Below, in pieces: positions 45,154-53,870 of a stretch of 57,994 nucleotides of DNA (within the stretch, counting starts at the first letter, position 1; each line of letters begins with the position of its first letter). Made by a program: the position numbers and the translations under genes. Under the pieces are notes generated by a model that was not told the origin of the DNA, ran no database searches, and saw only the letters and a list, made by a program, of their open reading frames with translations. This stretch comes from a virus (Duplodnaviria; Caudoviricetes), in IMG/VR virus record IMGVR_UViG_3300034190_001214, positions 1 through 57,994 of that record. One strand, 5' to 3'.

Positions 45154-45603
45154 TTATTTATCTCTTTTGCGCCTTTGGTCAGTATCATCTTCCCAGTCAT
45201 CCCAGTCATCATCTTCATCATCATCTTCATCATCATCTTCATCATCTTCATCCCAGTTATCATTTTCGGCGTAGACATCACAAGTACAGGAATCTTCATC
45301 ACAATCTTTATCACATTCATCATCATCTTCATCATCATTCCAACCTTCATCCTCTTCCCACTCATCTTCATCTTCATCTACATCACAGGTACAAGAATCT
45401 TCATCACAATCTTCTTCACATTCTTCATTATCCCAACCATAATCTTTGGTCTTTGTACAACAATGCGAACAGTCACAATCATCACATTTCTTAGGCATAT
45501 CTTCATATAAATCACTTATCTGTTCAGATAATTCTTCAATACTACCATCGATATCATCTAATCGATTAAGTATCTCTTCTAGTCTTTCCATTGGATTAGC
45601 CAT
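45154..45603 (-). CDS. Hyper-acidic protein with N-terminal coiled coil and Cys clusters
   Basis: LEEILNRLDDIDGSIEELSEQISDL heptads; CDDCDCSHCC; two EC..DCDEDSCTCDV repeats; D/E/W tail ending QRRKRDK; AGGGGG RBS. Confidence 0.7.
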   Translation of the reverse strand: MANPMERLEEILNRLDDIDGSIEELSEQISDLYEDMPKKCDDCDCSHCCTKTKDYGWDNEECEEDCDEDSCTCDVDEDEDEWEEDEGWNDDEDDDECDKDCDEDSCTCDVYAENDNWDEDDEDDDEDDDEDDDWDDWEDDTDQRRKRDK

Positions 45604-45644
45604 TGTAAATTCCCCCTTTCAGTAGTATATTAGTATTTATTTTA

Positions 45645-47933
45645 TTAAACAACTTTACTCACAAATCTTTTTAAGAACACTCTTGAATTACTTCTCGAAT
45701 CTCTGTTTTTTGAAAACGCCTTAACCAAATCTTTTCTACTGGCGCCAACTAACTCATCATCTAACATATCATTATCTAACTCCAAACCAGCGCCGCCAGG
45801 TAGAATGTAATAGTCATCAAAGTTAAAGACATTCCCACAAGATAAAAACTTTTCTTTATTTGTTTTCTTTACCAACTTTTTACCCTCAACACTATCCCAG
45901 AAGTGCCAACCATCAAAATCGATATTGTATTCTTTCGCGATAGGTTTATTATAATGACTAAACTCCGAAAAACTTTTGGAAGTCAGAATTCCTTTTTTAG
46001 TAGTCTGTAAAAGATGTAGACCAATAAAAGATTGTGAAATATTTGACTTATGAAACTTAACAAGTTCACTTGTCAAAGTCTCACTATCATAATCATATTG
46101 TGTCGATGAAGAGTCAATCTTAAATTCTTTGTTACCTAATTTGAAAGTAGTACAATAAGGAATCTCATTTCTATTAAAAGTAAAAGCAGAACAAGTTTTC
46201 TGTTTCCAATGTCCTTCCTCATCTTTTGATTCCATATATCTAGTAGCGGCGTTACCAAGACCATCTGTCAAAATGATTGTATTTAATTTTTCAACATTAT
46301 GTTTTGTCATGAAATTTTTAGAAATTCTATCATGAACAACAAGAGTACCAATCAGTGGTGTAGACTGCATATCTAATTTAGTGGCGACCATTCTAAAATT
46401 TAGATAACCAGGAAAAAGCTCAGTCCAACTTCTCAACATTTTTAATGCGATACCAAACCAAAAACATAAACTATCATCAAGTTTTTTTGAGTTCATTTTT
46501 GAACTGGCGATTTCAAATAATCCAAGATTTCCAATAAACATATCATTTTCTTTATATTTAAAAGAAGATTCATTTCTGTTAAGAACCTCAGTATCAGTAT
46601 CATAATAACGATTACTTGAATTATGTTTACTCTCAGATGAAAACGCATACACTTCAAAAGGAACATTAATTCTATTCGCAAACCATACAAGATTTAATAT
46701 TTGTTTCATTGTCGGAAGAATGTTTGTATACATAGAACCAGACCAATCAACATACATGATAAATCCATGATTTTTACCATTTGGTAAGACAGTTACCTTT
46801 TTGAATAAGTCATCATCAAATTTATATCTGTGAAGTGAGTTAACATCAAGAGAACCACTTTTTGAAGTAGCGGCTCTTGAATAAAGAGAAGCACTCTTTT
46901 TCATTTCAAATTCTTTTACCAGATAATTAATAGTAGAAGATGATTCTTTTTTGAAATCCATGAAATATTTTCTTAACCCATCTTGATATATTGTCTTTTT
47001 CTCATCAGTCGTTGAGTTATGTTTTGTATCAAAGTCATCTTGAATTTTTTGACATTCCTCAAAAGACCAAATAATATCTTTAAGGTCATAATCTGGAAAA
47101 CTCACATAATCCATCTCACCATTCAAATCACTTTTTTCAGATAAATTCTTTTCTAAGTTTTTATCAGTAATAGATTCTGAAGAATAATCAGTATCCCAAT
47201 CATCACTTTTTTTACTTGAATCTGAATCACCTTTCTCATCAGAATCACTTTCAGAATCTTCTGACCCACTTTGAGAATCTTCTTTCTCATCAGAATCACT
47301 TTCAGAATCTTCTGACTCACTTTCAGAATCTTCTGACTCAGTTAAGTCATCATTCTGTTTAACTGATTGACCTTGTGACTCTTTGTTGTCTTCCATGAAA
47401 TCAGCGATGTCTTTTGATAACTCTAAAACATCTTGATAGGTAGAACATTTAGAGAGTCTATCGTGAACCCAAGACTCAGAATCTAAGAATGGAATATCAA
47501 TACCAGTTTTATAAAAGATATTGATTCTATCAATAAGACCAAGTTCGGAAAGGTCTTTATCTTTAATACCAAAAATATCTTTCTCAACTAAATCGACATA
47601 TGCGTTTTTGAAAAGTCTAACCAAACCAGGATATCTGGATTGAATCATTTTTTCAATTCTCACATCTTCAACAACATTGATAAAAGATTTAGGAATCTTT
47701 CTTTCTCTACCCTCTTCAAGTAACTCAATAGGAGTATAAAGGGCGTGACCTACTTCGTGACCAATTAACATATCAAGAGTATCGGGAGTCATATCTTTCC
47801 AATCTGGTAAAGATAACTCTCTATTCTTAATATCAAAACTGGCGGTAGGAACTTTCTTAACATGAACTGAAATATCTTCAGTCGCGAGTAGTTTCGCTAA
47901 CGATGTCTTTTTTTGTCTATTATCATTTTTCAT
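45645..47933 (-). CDS. Metallopeptidase-VWA protein (CobT-like; usual partner of a MoxR-type AAA+ ATPase)
   Basis: LAKLLATEDI, GHEVGHAL (HExxH), NVVEDVRIE, acidic linker, MIDAS DWSGS, ILTDG. Confidence 0.85.
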   Translation of the reverse strand: MKNDNRQKKTSLAKLLATEDISVHVKKVPTASFDIKNRELSLPDWKDMTPDTLDMLIGHEVGHALYTPIELLEEGRERKIPKSFINVVEDVRIEKMIQSRYPGLVRLFKNAYVDLVEKDIFGIKDKDLSELGLIDRINIFYKTGIDIPFLDSESWVHDRLSKCSTYQDVLELSKDIADFMEDNKESQGQSVKQNDDLTESEDSESESEDSESDSDEKEDSQSGSEDSESDSDEKGDSDSSKKSDDWDTDYSSESITDKNLEKNLSEKSDLNGEMDYVSFPDYDLKDIIWSFEECQKIQDDFDTKHNSTTDEKKTIYQDGLRKYFMDFKKESSSTINYLVKEFEMKKSASLYSRAATSKSGSLDVNSLHRYKFDDDLFKKVTVLPNGKNHGFIMYVDWSGSMYTNILPTMKQILNLVWFANRINVPFEVYAFSSESKHNSSNRYYDTDTEVLNRNESSFKYKENDMFIGNLGLFEIASSKMNSKKLDDSLCFWFGIALKMLRSWTELFPGYLNFRMVATKLDMQSTPLIGTLVVHDRISKNFMTKHNVEKLNTIILTDGLGNAATRYMESKDEEGHWKQKTCSAFTFNRNEIPYCTTFKLGNKEFKIDSSSTQYDYDSETLTSELVKFHKSNISQSFIGLHLLQTTKKGILTSKSFSEFSHYNKPIAKEYNIDFDGWHFWDSVEGKKLVKKTNKEKFLSCGNVFNFDDYYILPGGAGLELDNDMLDDELVGASRKDLVKAFSKNRDSRSNSRVFLKRFVSKVV
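47221..47340 (-). repeat. Low-complexity tandem repeats encoding the SESEDSESDSDEK linker
   Basis: Repeated tcactttcagaatcttctgac units. Confidence 0.7.
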
Positions 47934-47942
47934 TACATAGTA

Positions 47943-47970
47943 ATGATAACATATCTGGGCACTTTGTCAA
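47943..47970 (-). promoter_or_regulatory. Early sigma70 promoter (TTGACA-N16-TATCAT, extended -10 TGn) for the VWA gene
   Basis: -10 box ends 9 nt before ATG 47933; no RBS. Confidence 0.65.
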
Positions 47971-48001
47971 TAGGTAAATTGCAAATAAATATTCAATGAT
48001 A

Positions 48002-48169
48002 TCAGTAGGTTACAGAGTACTTTCCAGTAATGTAACAATAGACACACATATTAATCTGTTTAAATCGAGTTTTTGATTCACAAATCCAACATTGTTGTCC
48101 TTGATACATAATCTTACTATCATATAAAAAAGCGTGTCCTCTAAATTTCACATCTTTAATTTTAATCAT
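48002..48169 (-). CDS. 55-aa protein with CxxC...CxxC zinc finger
   Basis: MIKIKDVKFRGHAFLYDSKIMYQGQQCWICESKTRFKQINMCVYCYITGKYSVTY; TAATG coupling to the upstream ORF. Confidence 0.5.
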   Translation of the reverse strand: MIKIKDVKFRGHAFLYDSKIMYQGQQCWICESKTRFKQINMCVYCYITGKYSVTY

Positions 48170-48327
48170 TACCAAAAACCTAAGAGTCTACCATTACCAA
48201 CAACAATAAAGATACAAGTGATTAGGTGCATTAATACCCAAAGAGTTCTGATGATTGCGACCTTATCTGCCTTTCTATCAGAATCAAAGGCTTTTGTTCC
48301 TAACGCCTTACACCAATATTTCCACAC
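48169..48327 (-). CDS. 52-aa small membrane protein
   Basis: GTG start; MWKYWCKALGTKAFDSDRKADKVAIIRTLWVLMHLITCIFIVVGNGRLLGFW. Confidence 0.6.
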   Translation of the reverse strand: MWKYWCKALGTKAFDSDRKADKVAIIRTLWVLMHLITCIFIVVGNGRLLGFW

Positions 48328-48329
48328 AA

Positions 48330-48476
48330 TTATCTACCTTGTCGATTATATGGTTTAGTACGATTCTTTTTATTTTTATTCATTGAAGAAGTTTTTAACA
48401 TTGATATGTTTCCACTAATTGATGTTTTTTTCTTTATGGTATTCTTTTTGTTATTTGTTAAAATCGATTTTGCCAT
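48330..48476 (-). CDS. 48-aa highly basic peptide
   Basis: MAKSILTNNKKNTIKKKTSISGNISMLKTSSMNKNKKNRTKPYNRQGR; AGGGA RBS. Confidence 0.6.
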   Translation of the reverse strand: MAKSILTNNKKNTIKKKTSISGNISMLKTSSMNKNKKNRTKPYNRQGR

Positions 48477-48598
48477 GATGTATGTTTCCCTGTAATTTTA
48501 TTAATTTTATTTACTATCTGTGATAGAACAGGTCTCCTCACCTTTTTCTTTGTTACAACTATATTAACTTTTTTTTGTTTATTTTTTCTCATGTATAC

Positions 48599-48626
48599 AT
48601 TATATACATTATTTTACAAAAGTCAA
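48599..48626 (-). promoter_or_regulatory. Sigma70 promoter (TTGACT-N16-TATAAT) for the small-ORF cluster
   Basis: Consensus -10; an ATG 6 nt downstream starts a 17-codon basic ORF. Confidence 0.6.
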
Positions 48627-48635
48627 GTAATATTA

Positions 48636-48953
48636 TTATGGTTTCGGGTGAGCGTCTTTTACACTTTGAACCCAGTCTTTCCAAGTTGTTGTTCCATTTA
48701 CTGCGTCATGGTACTGCATATCAAGTTGTTCTTGTAATGACTTCGCTCTAAATGCGACTTCTCTATCTCTATAATATTGATGATTATCATATAGAGTTTT
48801 TAGTTCCGCCTGTTTTGTAGTTATCTGGTCATTGGTAATATTGTTTGGATTACCATCATGCCATGTAATGCCATCTAAAGTCTCACCAGTTACACTCACT
48901 TGTGCGTCTGAGTCTAAAGCTAAGATTGCGTGTATGATGTCATGTTCGTACAT
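48636..48953 (-). CDS. Putative fibre chaperone (XkdW-like)
   Basis: AILAL, Y.RDR, EQLDMQYHD..NGTTTWKD....VKDAHPKP. Confidence 0.65.
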   Translation of the reverse strand: MYEHDIIHAILALDSDAQVSVTGETLDGITWHDGNPNNITNDQITTKQAELKTLYDNHQYYRDREVAFRAKSLQEQLDMQYHDAVNGTTTWKDWVQSVKDAHPKP

Positions 48954-48985
48954 AATTAACTCCTTTCATATTATTTATGATTTTA

Positions 48986-49474
48986 TTATCCTGTTATCTC
49001 CATTAATGTTATTGTTGATGATGCTCTTCCTATATCTACACTATCACCATCAGTAACACTTCTATTAACATAGTATGTACCACCATTACTTCTAACTTGA
49101 ACTTTATAAGTTAATGCTGATGTACTAGATGGAGAATCTAAAAGTTGAAAACTATGTGTTTTCATAATATTACCATCATTAAATTGATAGAAATTTCCAA
49201 AGGTACATTGTAGTCTTGAACCATCAGCATCACCCAAACCTAAATCAGTTGAATCTCGTACTATTTTTAACCATGTATTTGATGTAGTATGAGCACCACT
49301 CATATTAACATTAACTAAAATTTTTGATGATGTAGATGATGGTGTGATTGCAGCAGATAAACCACTATCGTTCCATGCTGCTGCACCTGCACTCGCCGTT
49401 GTGTCTGTCTTAATTGAATTTACAACTTGTATTATTTTACCTGCGTATGTTCCTAATTCTCTCGCTTTAGTCAT
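48986..49474 (-). CDS. Putative small fibre-tip protein, family A
   Basis: MTKAREL; GKIIQVV, GLSAAITPSSTSSKILV, LDSPSSTSALTYKVQ, STITLMEI. Confidence 0.6.
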   Translation of the reverse strand: MTKARELGTYAGKIIQVVNSIKTDTTASAGAAAWNDSGLSAAITPSSTSSKILVNVNMSGAHTTSNTWLKIVRDSTDLGLGDADGSRLQCTFGNFYQFNDGNIMKTHSFQLLDSPSSTSALTYKVQVRSNGGTYYVNRSVTDGDSVDIGRASSTITLMEITG

Positions 49475-49653
49475 TATTCACCACCACCATTATCTATAAC
49501 TGTATTGCCATCAGCAATCCATTCTTGGATGTCACGATAATCACTATTGTCTGAATCTAATGGAACATGACTAGTTTTACCATTATCAACAATGACATAA
49601 CCTATGTGTTCTCCATCATAATATGTTTTTGTTACTGATGTAAAATTTCTCAT
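49474..49653 (-). CDS. 59-aa putative fibre chaperone
   Basis: Hand-translated ...HVPLDSDNSDYRDIQEWIADGNTV...; coupled to both neighbours. Confidence 0.6.
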   Translation of the reverse strand: MRNFTSVTKTYYDGEHIGYVIVDNGKTSHVPLDSDNSDYRDIQEWIADGNTVIDNGGGE

Positions 49654-50660
49654 AATTCTGCCTCTGCTGTATGATGTCCATACATTTCTCTTTCTGCCGT
49701 ATTAATATAAAATGAATAATGATGTGTTGATAGTAAAATTACATTTGGTGAAGATGCTGGTGATTGTAGGTTTCCAGTTGCTCCAGCATCATTATAAAAT
49801 GTCATTGTTGGAGTTGCTCTCATTTGTGTTTGTAAAGTATAAGAACCACCTTTGTTAATAGTATCATTATTACCACCTATTAAATAATAATATCTATTTG
49901 TACTACTTGCATTTCCAACTGGTGTCCCTTGTGCATAAGATTTTTGAAAATATCTTTGACATGAAACTAATTCTTCACCAAAAGGTCTGTGTTCAAAATC
50001 AGATGCTGTGCTTCCTAATTCTAATTGCACATTCGTAATATATAAAAAATCTCCTGCTGTTGTATCAGTTACATCTGACCAAATAAAAATTATTATGTTC
50101 TTTGCACCAGATGTATCAACTGTTCCACTAACTGAATATTTAGCCCAGCTAGTTGTTACATTTAAATTTGCTGGTGTGTTTTCATAAGTAGCATTTGTAA
50201 TTAATGTTGGGTTTGTATCTTCAGCTCCCCATGCAGATATAATATCACTTGTTACTGAATCTGCTGTGCCATCCCAAGCTACTATTGCTGCTTTAACATT
50301 ATCTAGTTTTGTTGTTGCAGAAACTTTTGCTTCAAATGAAAGTGTAACAGTATTTCCTATTAACCCCGAGCAATTCTTATTTTCAATAATTTGTGCTATA
50401 CCAAATTTTTTGTTTACAGTTTCTACATCTAAAGCAATTGAGTTTAAAGCAGTAGATGGAACTTCTGTTGATTGTGTAACATCTATAATATCATTACCAT
50501 CTGAAAGAATATAAAATCTATCTAGTGTATAAGCATCATCATTATTACTTCCAGATGTAAAGCTAGTATTTCTTTGTGCTACTTGCATATTACCATTAAT
50601 AATATGATTTCTTCTACCAGGATTGTCTAAAACTGATGAGATTACTTTTTGTATTGCCAT
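49650..50660 (-). CDS. Putative fibre-tip protein with carbohydrate-binding-like domain
   Basis: RNHIINGNMQVAQR, YTLDRF, VTLSFEAK, VQLELGSTASDFEHRPFGEEL..CQRYF, MRATPT. Confidence 0.7.
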   Translation of the reverse strand: MAIQKVISSVLDNPGRRNHIINGNMQVAQRNTSFTSGSNNDDAYTLDRFYILSDGNDIIDVTQSTEVPSTALNSIALDVETVNKKFGIAQIIENKNCSGLIGNTVTLSFEAKVSATTKLDNVKAAIVAWDGTADSVTSDIISAWGAEDTNPTLITNATYENTPANLNVTTSWAKYSVSGTVDTSGAKNIIIFIWSDVTDTTAGDFLYITNVQLELGSTASDFEHRPFGEELVSCQRYFQKSYAQGTPVGNASSTNRYYYLIGGNNDTINKGGSYTLQTQMRATPTMTFYNDAGATGNLQSPASSPNVILLSTHHYSFYINTAEREMYGHHTAEAEL

Positions 50661-50814
50661 TCTTTACTCTCTTTTAAACTTTTTTTATAATCATTATAAA
50701 AACTTTCATTTGTTAACTTAGATATTCTTTCTTTTAATTCTATAATAGTAGATTCTAAAGTATTCATTCTTGTATATAAAATATTAATTCTATCTTTGTC
50801 TGTCACAATATTTA

Positions 50815-51321
50815 TTATGTTGGTTTGGTTATTACAACAACACCATTAACCTTAACATCTCCATAATTACCATCAAAGGTAATATTTCTTGGTTGTTCTT
50901 CAGAGTAAGTAGTAGGAATATTTCTTAATGCAGTCCTATATGTAGCCCACTCTGTTTTTTTTGCGTCTGTTAAAGGACTATCTGAACCTTGTGTCCAATC
51001 AGAGTCTTTTAATAAAGTACTTCTTGTTCTTCTGATTCTATCCCATGAATTTGCCCAATTACTTTTTTTATTTTCATCTGCGGTTACTTCTGCGTTTCTA
51101 ATTTCATCAAATTTATTGGAAAAAATTGTTTGTTCATTATTTGTTGGAAGTCTAGTTCCCCCATTGTTTATAAATTCTACTTGATTAATAGAAGAATTTT
51201 CTGTATCAAATTGAAACGCATGATATTCTGTATAGTCAGTCCAAAAAGAATTATCATCAACATGAACTGCGATACCATTTTTAATAATTGTTTTATCTGG
51301 GACAATAACTGTTAATCTCAT
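50815..51321 (-). CDS. Tail fibre assembly chaperone
   Basis: R..R..LLKDSDWTQ..DSPL...KK.EWATYR.ALR.IP signature. Confidence 0.8.
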   Translation of the reverse strand: MRLTVIVPDKTIIKNGIAVHVDDNSFWTDYTEYHAFQFDTENSSINQVEFINNGGTRLPTNNEQTIFSNKFDEIRNAEVTADENKKSNWANSWDRIRRTRSTLLKDSDWTQGSDSPLTDAKKTEWATYRTALRNIPTTYSEEQPRNITFDGNYGDVKVNGVVVITKPT

Positions 51322-51330
51322 ATCATACCT

Positions 51331-51855
51331 CTATGTTTTAATCATAAAATTTAATGCAATATATGGTTGAAGAACACTAACTGAATTACCACTTCCTGTA
51401 TTATTAGCTCGATATCTTGCGTCTTCTGAAGAAGCATCTCTTGCATCATCTCCAGTACCATATTTATTACCATCAGCACCTTCTGGACATTGTACTAATC
51501 CTAAATCACCAGCGAATGCACCACTACCAGAAGTAATAGTGTGACCATGCGCAGGTAACTGTGCGGTTGAAATAGTAACTGAAGCCGCTCCACCAGTTGA
51601 GGCGAGAGCATATGTACTACTTTTACCTATAGGTATTCTATCCTCTAAGTCTGGTAATCCAAAAGTACTTGAACCATCACCACTACCATAAGTAGTTCCA
51701 ATCACCGCAAACAATGCTGCGTATGTTGTTCTTGATACATTAGACCCATCACAAACTAAAAAACCAGTTGGTATACTAGCAGTAGTCCATTCAACAATAG
51801 TTCCTGTTTCAATTCCGCTACTTACTTGTGGTTTATCTGATGAATATGTTGCCAT
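51331..51855 (-). CDS. Tail collar domain protein (fibre tip)
   Basis: GTIVEW...PTGFLVCDG..VSRTTYAALFAVIGTTYG.GDGSSTFGLPDL; QLPAHGH; QPYIALNFMIKT. Confidence 0.88.
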   Translation of the reverse strand: MATYSSDKPQVSSGIETGTIVEWTTASIPTGFLVCDGSNVSRTTYAALFAVIGTTYGSGDGSSTFGLPDLEDRIPIGKSSTYALASTGGAASVTISTAQLPAHGHTITSGSGAFAGDLGLVQCPEGADGNKYGTGDDARDASSEDARYRANNTGSGNSVSVLQPYIALNFMIKT

Positions 51856-51861
51856 CTTATT

Positions 51862-53817
51862 CTATACCTCTGTATATCTCCATCCATTAGTTGAGTTATA
51901 ATAAACTAATGAAAATGCTGCACTGTCTGTACTCACTGTTAAGTCTTCTGCGTTTCCATTTATTTTTTGACTGTTTCTTCCAACAGTAATATTATTTGTT
52001 CCCGAATTTCCAGCCGCGTCAATAAGTCTTACTTCATCTCCAAGACTTGGGGATGCAGGAAGAGTTATCGTGACTGCTGCGCTTGATACATCAATTAAAT
52101 ATGCGCCACCTGCGACTGCGGTAAAATCTGAAGTTTTATTTTCCCAAGCTCTTCTTGCGAACAACTCACTTTTATCTATTTTCGCATATCCTATCGCATT
52201 ATCTGATACAGAACCAACAGTTGTTTGAAGTCCTAAGTGTAACGCACGAAGGGTTGAATCTGTCGCTGGTGCGGCAGACATAGTAAGTGTTGTTCCACTT
52301 ACACTATACGCACTAACTGGTTGAACGATACCATCAACTGTAACTAATATTGCGTTTGTATTTGGTGGTATCTGTGAAAGAGTAAATGCGGTTGTTGAAT
52401 TATCTCCAGTAAATTTATCTTCTGTAAATGTTTTTAATCCAGTAGCAAGTTTATTTGATGTTACCGCTCCATCTGTTATACTCGCAGATGAACCCGTAAA
52501 TCCTAAATGTAAAACTCTAATTGCTGCGTTGAGTGGTGGTGCGGTTGTAAATGTTAAAGTTGTTGAACTAACACTATAGTTTCCTGCAGGTTGAATAACA
52601 CCAGAGACACTAACTAAAATTGAAGTATCACTTGGGGGTGCGACAGACAGAGTAAATGTTGTGTCAGAACCATCTCCTGTAAATGTGTCTTCTGTAAATG
52701 TTTTTAATCCACTATCAAGTTTCGCACTTGTAACAGAACCATCAGAGATACTACTCACAGAAGCGGTAAATCCTAAATGTAAAACTCTAATCGCGACATT
52801 ATTGGGTGGTGCGGTTGTAAATGTTAATGTAGTAGAACTAACACTATAGTTTCCTGCAGGTTGAGATACACCATCTAAAAATACCATTATTGAAGTATCA
52901 CTTGGTGGTGCGACTGATAAAGTAAATGTTGTATCAGAACCATCCCCTGTAAAAGTATCCTCTGTAAAAGATTTTAAACCAGTATCAAGTTTTGCGGCTG
53001 TAACTGTACCATCACCTGGTGTTCCTATATCTTGAGTATCAATAGCGATAATATAATCAATCACATCATCTGAAGAAAGTGATTCAGTAAATGTAATTGT
53101 TGAACCAGATATACTGTATGCGTCTACAGGTGCCTGTGTAACACCATTAACACTTACGATTGTACCATTTGTAGTTGCGCTTGTAAACGCAGATGAACTA
53201 ACATTTAAAGTATATGCGGTACTACCATCAGTAGTAATCGCATCCATTTTTGTAAAACTACTAGTTACAGAAGCGAATGATAATGCTGCACTTCCATCTG
53301 TTTTTAAAAACTGTCCTGCACTTCCATCTGAGTTTGGAAATGATAAACCATCTAAAACGACATTACCACTACCATTTGGAGTGATTGTAATATTACCATT
53401 GGCCCCATCCAGTATTGATATAGTACCAGAATTAGTTCCATTATTTGTATTAAGAATTAAGTCGCCTGTACCTTGTGTGGTTATAGTTGCGTTCGCATTG
53501 TTATCACCAACTTGAACTGTATCAGCGCCAAGATTTATATCCCCTGTTCCGTTTGGAATAATATCAATATCTGCGTTTGATGTTGATACTATATCATTAC
53601 CATTTAAATCTAAATTTCCACCAAGTTGAGGAGATGTATCATCTACAACATCACCAATACCACTTGCGTTCGCAAGTTCAACGATACTATCATCAGATTT
53701 ACGAATAAAGATTTTTTGGTCGGTAATATTTACCGCTATTTCACCAACTTCAATATCACTTGTGCCTGGTGTGGAACTAGAGGTTTCACTTCTTTTTGGT
53801 TTTATTCTAACGCCCAT
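51862..53817 (-). CDS. Tail fibre with tandem ~85-90-aa beta-domain repeats
   Basis: N-terminal IKPKRS..GEIAVN domain, DTSPQLGGNLD, three near-identical FTED.FTGD...TFTLS..PP...RVLHLG repeats plus one diverged copy, shared C-terminal domain. Confidence 0.8.
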   Translation of the reverse strand: MGVRIKPKRSETSSSTPGTSDIEVGEIAVNITDQKIFIRKSDDSIVELANASGIGDVVDDTSPQLGGNLDLNGNDIVSTSNADIDIIPNGTGDINLGADTVQVGDNNANATITTQGTGDLILNTNNGTNSGTISILDGANGNITITPNGSGNVVLDGLSFPNSDGSAGQFLKTDGSAALSFASVTSSFTKMDAITTDGSTAYTLNVSSSAFTSATTNGTIVSVNGVTQAPVDAYSISGSTITFTESLSSDDVIDYIIAIDTQDIGTPGDGTVTAAKLDTGLKSFTEDTFTGDGSDTTFTLSVAPPSDTSIMVFLDGVSQPAGNYSVSSTTLTFTTAPPNNVAIRVLHLGFTASVSSISDGSVTSAKLDSGLKTFTEDTFTGDGSDTTFTLSVAPPSDTSILVSVSGVIQPAGNYSVSSTTLTFTTAPPLNAAIRVLHLGFTGSSASITDGAVTSNKLATGLKTFTEDKFTGDNSTTAFTLSQIPPNTNAILVTVDGIVQPVSAYSVSGTTLTMSAAPATDSTLRALHLGLQTTVGSVSDNAIGYAKIDKSELFARRAWENKTSDFTAVAGGAYLIDVSSAAVTITLPASPSLGDEVRLIDAAGNSGTNNITVGRNSQKINGNAEDLTVSTDSAAFSLVYYNSTNGWRYTEV

Positions 53818-53870
53818 TACAACTTACTTATTCTCCTATACAATATTTAGTGTGGTTTAAACAGTCTGTA

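Noticed and set aside
45123-45165. Stop-codon readthrough or frameshift signal (pseudoknot 6 nt after UAA)
   Set aside because: All three frames close within about 16 codons and there is no canonical slippery heptamer.
45147-45510. Met/Lys-rich 76-aa ORF and Ile/Phe-rich 111-aa + strand ORF
   Set aside because: Alternate-frame shadows of the GAT/GAA repeats of the acidic protein.
48134-48358. 74-aa + strand ORF
   Set aside because: Overlaps three coupled minus-strand small ORFs that fit the local promoter and orientation better.
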